Below, one piece after another: positions 62,367-64,000 of a stretch of DNA of 64,000 nucleotides. The notes below the pieces were generated by a model that made no database searches, was not told where the DNA came from, and was given only the letters and a program-made list of their open reading frames with translations. The translations under genes and the position numbers were made by a program. The stretch is taken from assembly GCA_013239625.1 (NCBI GenBank), contig MU054323.1, positions 5,817,220 to 5,881,219 on the forward strand. Direction: 5' to 3'. How positions within the stretch are numbered: the stretch's first letter is position 1; each line of letters opens with the position of its first letter. Source of the stretch: Lama guanicoe (taxonomy: Eukaryota).

Positions 62367-64000
62367 TCTAGAGACACAAAACCCAGGAAGTCACAGTCCT
62401 GAGCAGGAAGGAGGGAAGAGAGGCGAGCTATGGTGGTGAAGATGGAGAGGGACCAGCCCCGCCTGGAACGGAGCGTGCTGCTTCTGCTTGGGCTCAAATA
62501 CCCTTCTCACCTCTCACCAGCCAGAGACCATCCCCACAGCAAATGCCAAAAGCTAGTCAGAGATGAGGGCACTGATCTTTGTTACCTTTACCTCTTGTTT
62601 CCTGAAACTAAGTCACGATGAAAAGTACATCCTTCGCGGATGGAAACCCCAGGTTCTCAGTAGGACCCAACCCTGTTCCTGCGGCCGCCGATGAAGCGTA
62701 CATCTCCCCAAACGTCAGTTGTGGAAGGTGCATCCCGAGGCTAATCCTTAGCTAAGCTGCTTTGCCGGCCTGCCTTAGATTAGACTGGGTGGATGGGGTG
62801 CAGATGACAGCATTTCCGAGAACTGGCTGTCACATGACTTGGCAAGAGGCTACCAGGAAGGGAGAATTTCATCCCTTGCACCATTTGTGAGAGCTGGAAG
62901 GACCACAGGGTGCAGGTCATCCAGGCCAGTTCTCTTTCTGTAGAGGGGACACATCGAAGCCCAGGGATGGGAGGAGGCTTGCACACAGGTGGCCCATGAT
63001 GCCAGGAAATCTTCAAGAGTGGTCTAGTTCACACGTATGTGCCATTTAAAAGGTACTAATCACAGGACGATTGCATCGTTGCTGCACCCTGGGAGATGGC
63101 CTCAGGGTCCTGGGGAAAGGCTCTCACACAGAGCACAGGCTCCAGGAGACAGCGTCGATGGGGGAGAAGGCTTATGTTTGGGGCAGATTACGTTAAGCAA
63201 CAGCAGAGACCGTCTGCTGTGGTCGGGGCTCTGTGAGTATTTTGTGACCCATCCTGCGGGAACATTTATTTGTATCTATTCCAGTTGGTTGACCTGCCAC
63301 AGCCCATCTTCGGATGTATCCATCCAAGGTGCTATTATTTATAGAATCATTGACTCACAAGCTCCCCAAGGGCTCCCCTGCCAAGTGACTTCCCAGCCAC
63401 TGCCGGTCTCCCCCGAGGGCAGACGTGCGCTGTCCGGCAGCCGTCCATTCCTCCAGGCGCAGCCTGGCGGGGGGAGGGCCCTGCTGGACTAGCCCTTTCC
63501 CTCTGGCTCCTGTTCCTTCTGCCCCTTGGGGTCACCCAGAGTGCACCTGGCCCGCCTGCCACAGGACATGTACAGATGATGACCGGACCTTCCCCGTGGC
63601 CACAGATAAATGCCAAGGCAACAATAACGTCTCGGTCCCCTGCTCTTCACACAAGATGTTTCACATCCTCTTAGCATCTCAGTCACGCTTCTCTGAATGG
63701 GCTGCAGTTTGTCCACATCCCGTGGAAACCACGGCCCAAGAACTAAATGCAGCGCTTGGAGCGCTGACCAGGCAGCAAAGGACAGAGTTGCCAGCTCTTT
63801 GTGCCAAGATCTCATTGAGCAGCTGGGCCTGGTTACAGCTGACAGCTCTTCTGGAAGCTTCCATGTTCTAGTGGGGGCCATGCAGTTTGGCATGTGGGTG
63901 AAGCGTGCATCAGGGGCAGTGGAATTTCACCTCTGAAAGGACCACATGTGTTGTTCAGAAAGAACATTTCTTTCTAAGGCCTTTTTCTGTTCCCCAGAAA

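Larger units (their letters stand above)
26905..64000 (+). other. KLHL29: Intron 1 (partial) of the CpG-island gene
   Basis: follows the GT donor; repeat-rich with no convincing coding exon. Confidence 0.6.

Overview
Mammalian (eutherian) genomic DNA with no credible protein-coding exon. The central feature is a ~2.6 kb CpG island (~25.7-28.3 kb). It contains a promoter (inverted CCAAT box, GC boxes) and a GC-rich non-coding first exon on the + strand that ends at a strong GAG|gtaaga donor (26904/26905). From memory, this exon resembles the 5'UTR of human KLHL29; that call is not database-verified. The ~37 kb downstream would then be intron 1 and the ~25 kb upstream intergenic. The rest is a patchwork of decayed transposons (L1, L2, L3/CR1, MIR, MaLR LTRs, Tigger/MER44, hAT), microsatellites and AT-rich candidate conserved non-coding elements. 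I recognise no Alu, Bov-A/BovB, PRE-1 or Can-SINE copies, and the young L1 3' end type suggests a cetartiodactyl, possibly a camelid (inference). The most interesting observations are: (1) an exact 67-bp dispersed duplication whose upstream copy is flanked by a 6-bp direct repeat, suggesting a templated insertion; (2) a ~170-nt degenerate, CpG-retaining palindrome in intron 1; (3) two candidate uORFs in exon 1, one Arg-rich and one poly-Pro encoded by a GCC repeat; (4) a 3x30-bp tandem array of ZNF143-like motifs inside an LTR; (5) a three-level nested insertion (L1 in Tigger1 in L2). I do not see a clearly novel multi-gene system. Repeat-family names come from recalled consensus sequences, and repeat boundaries are approximate unless TSDs are quoted.
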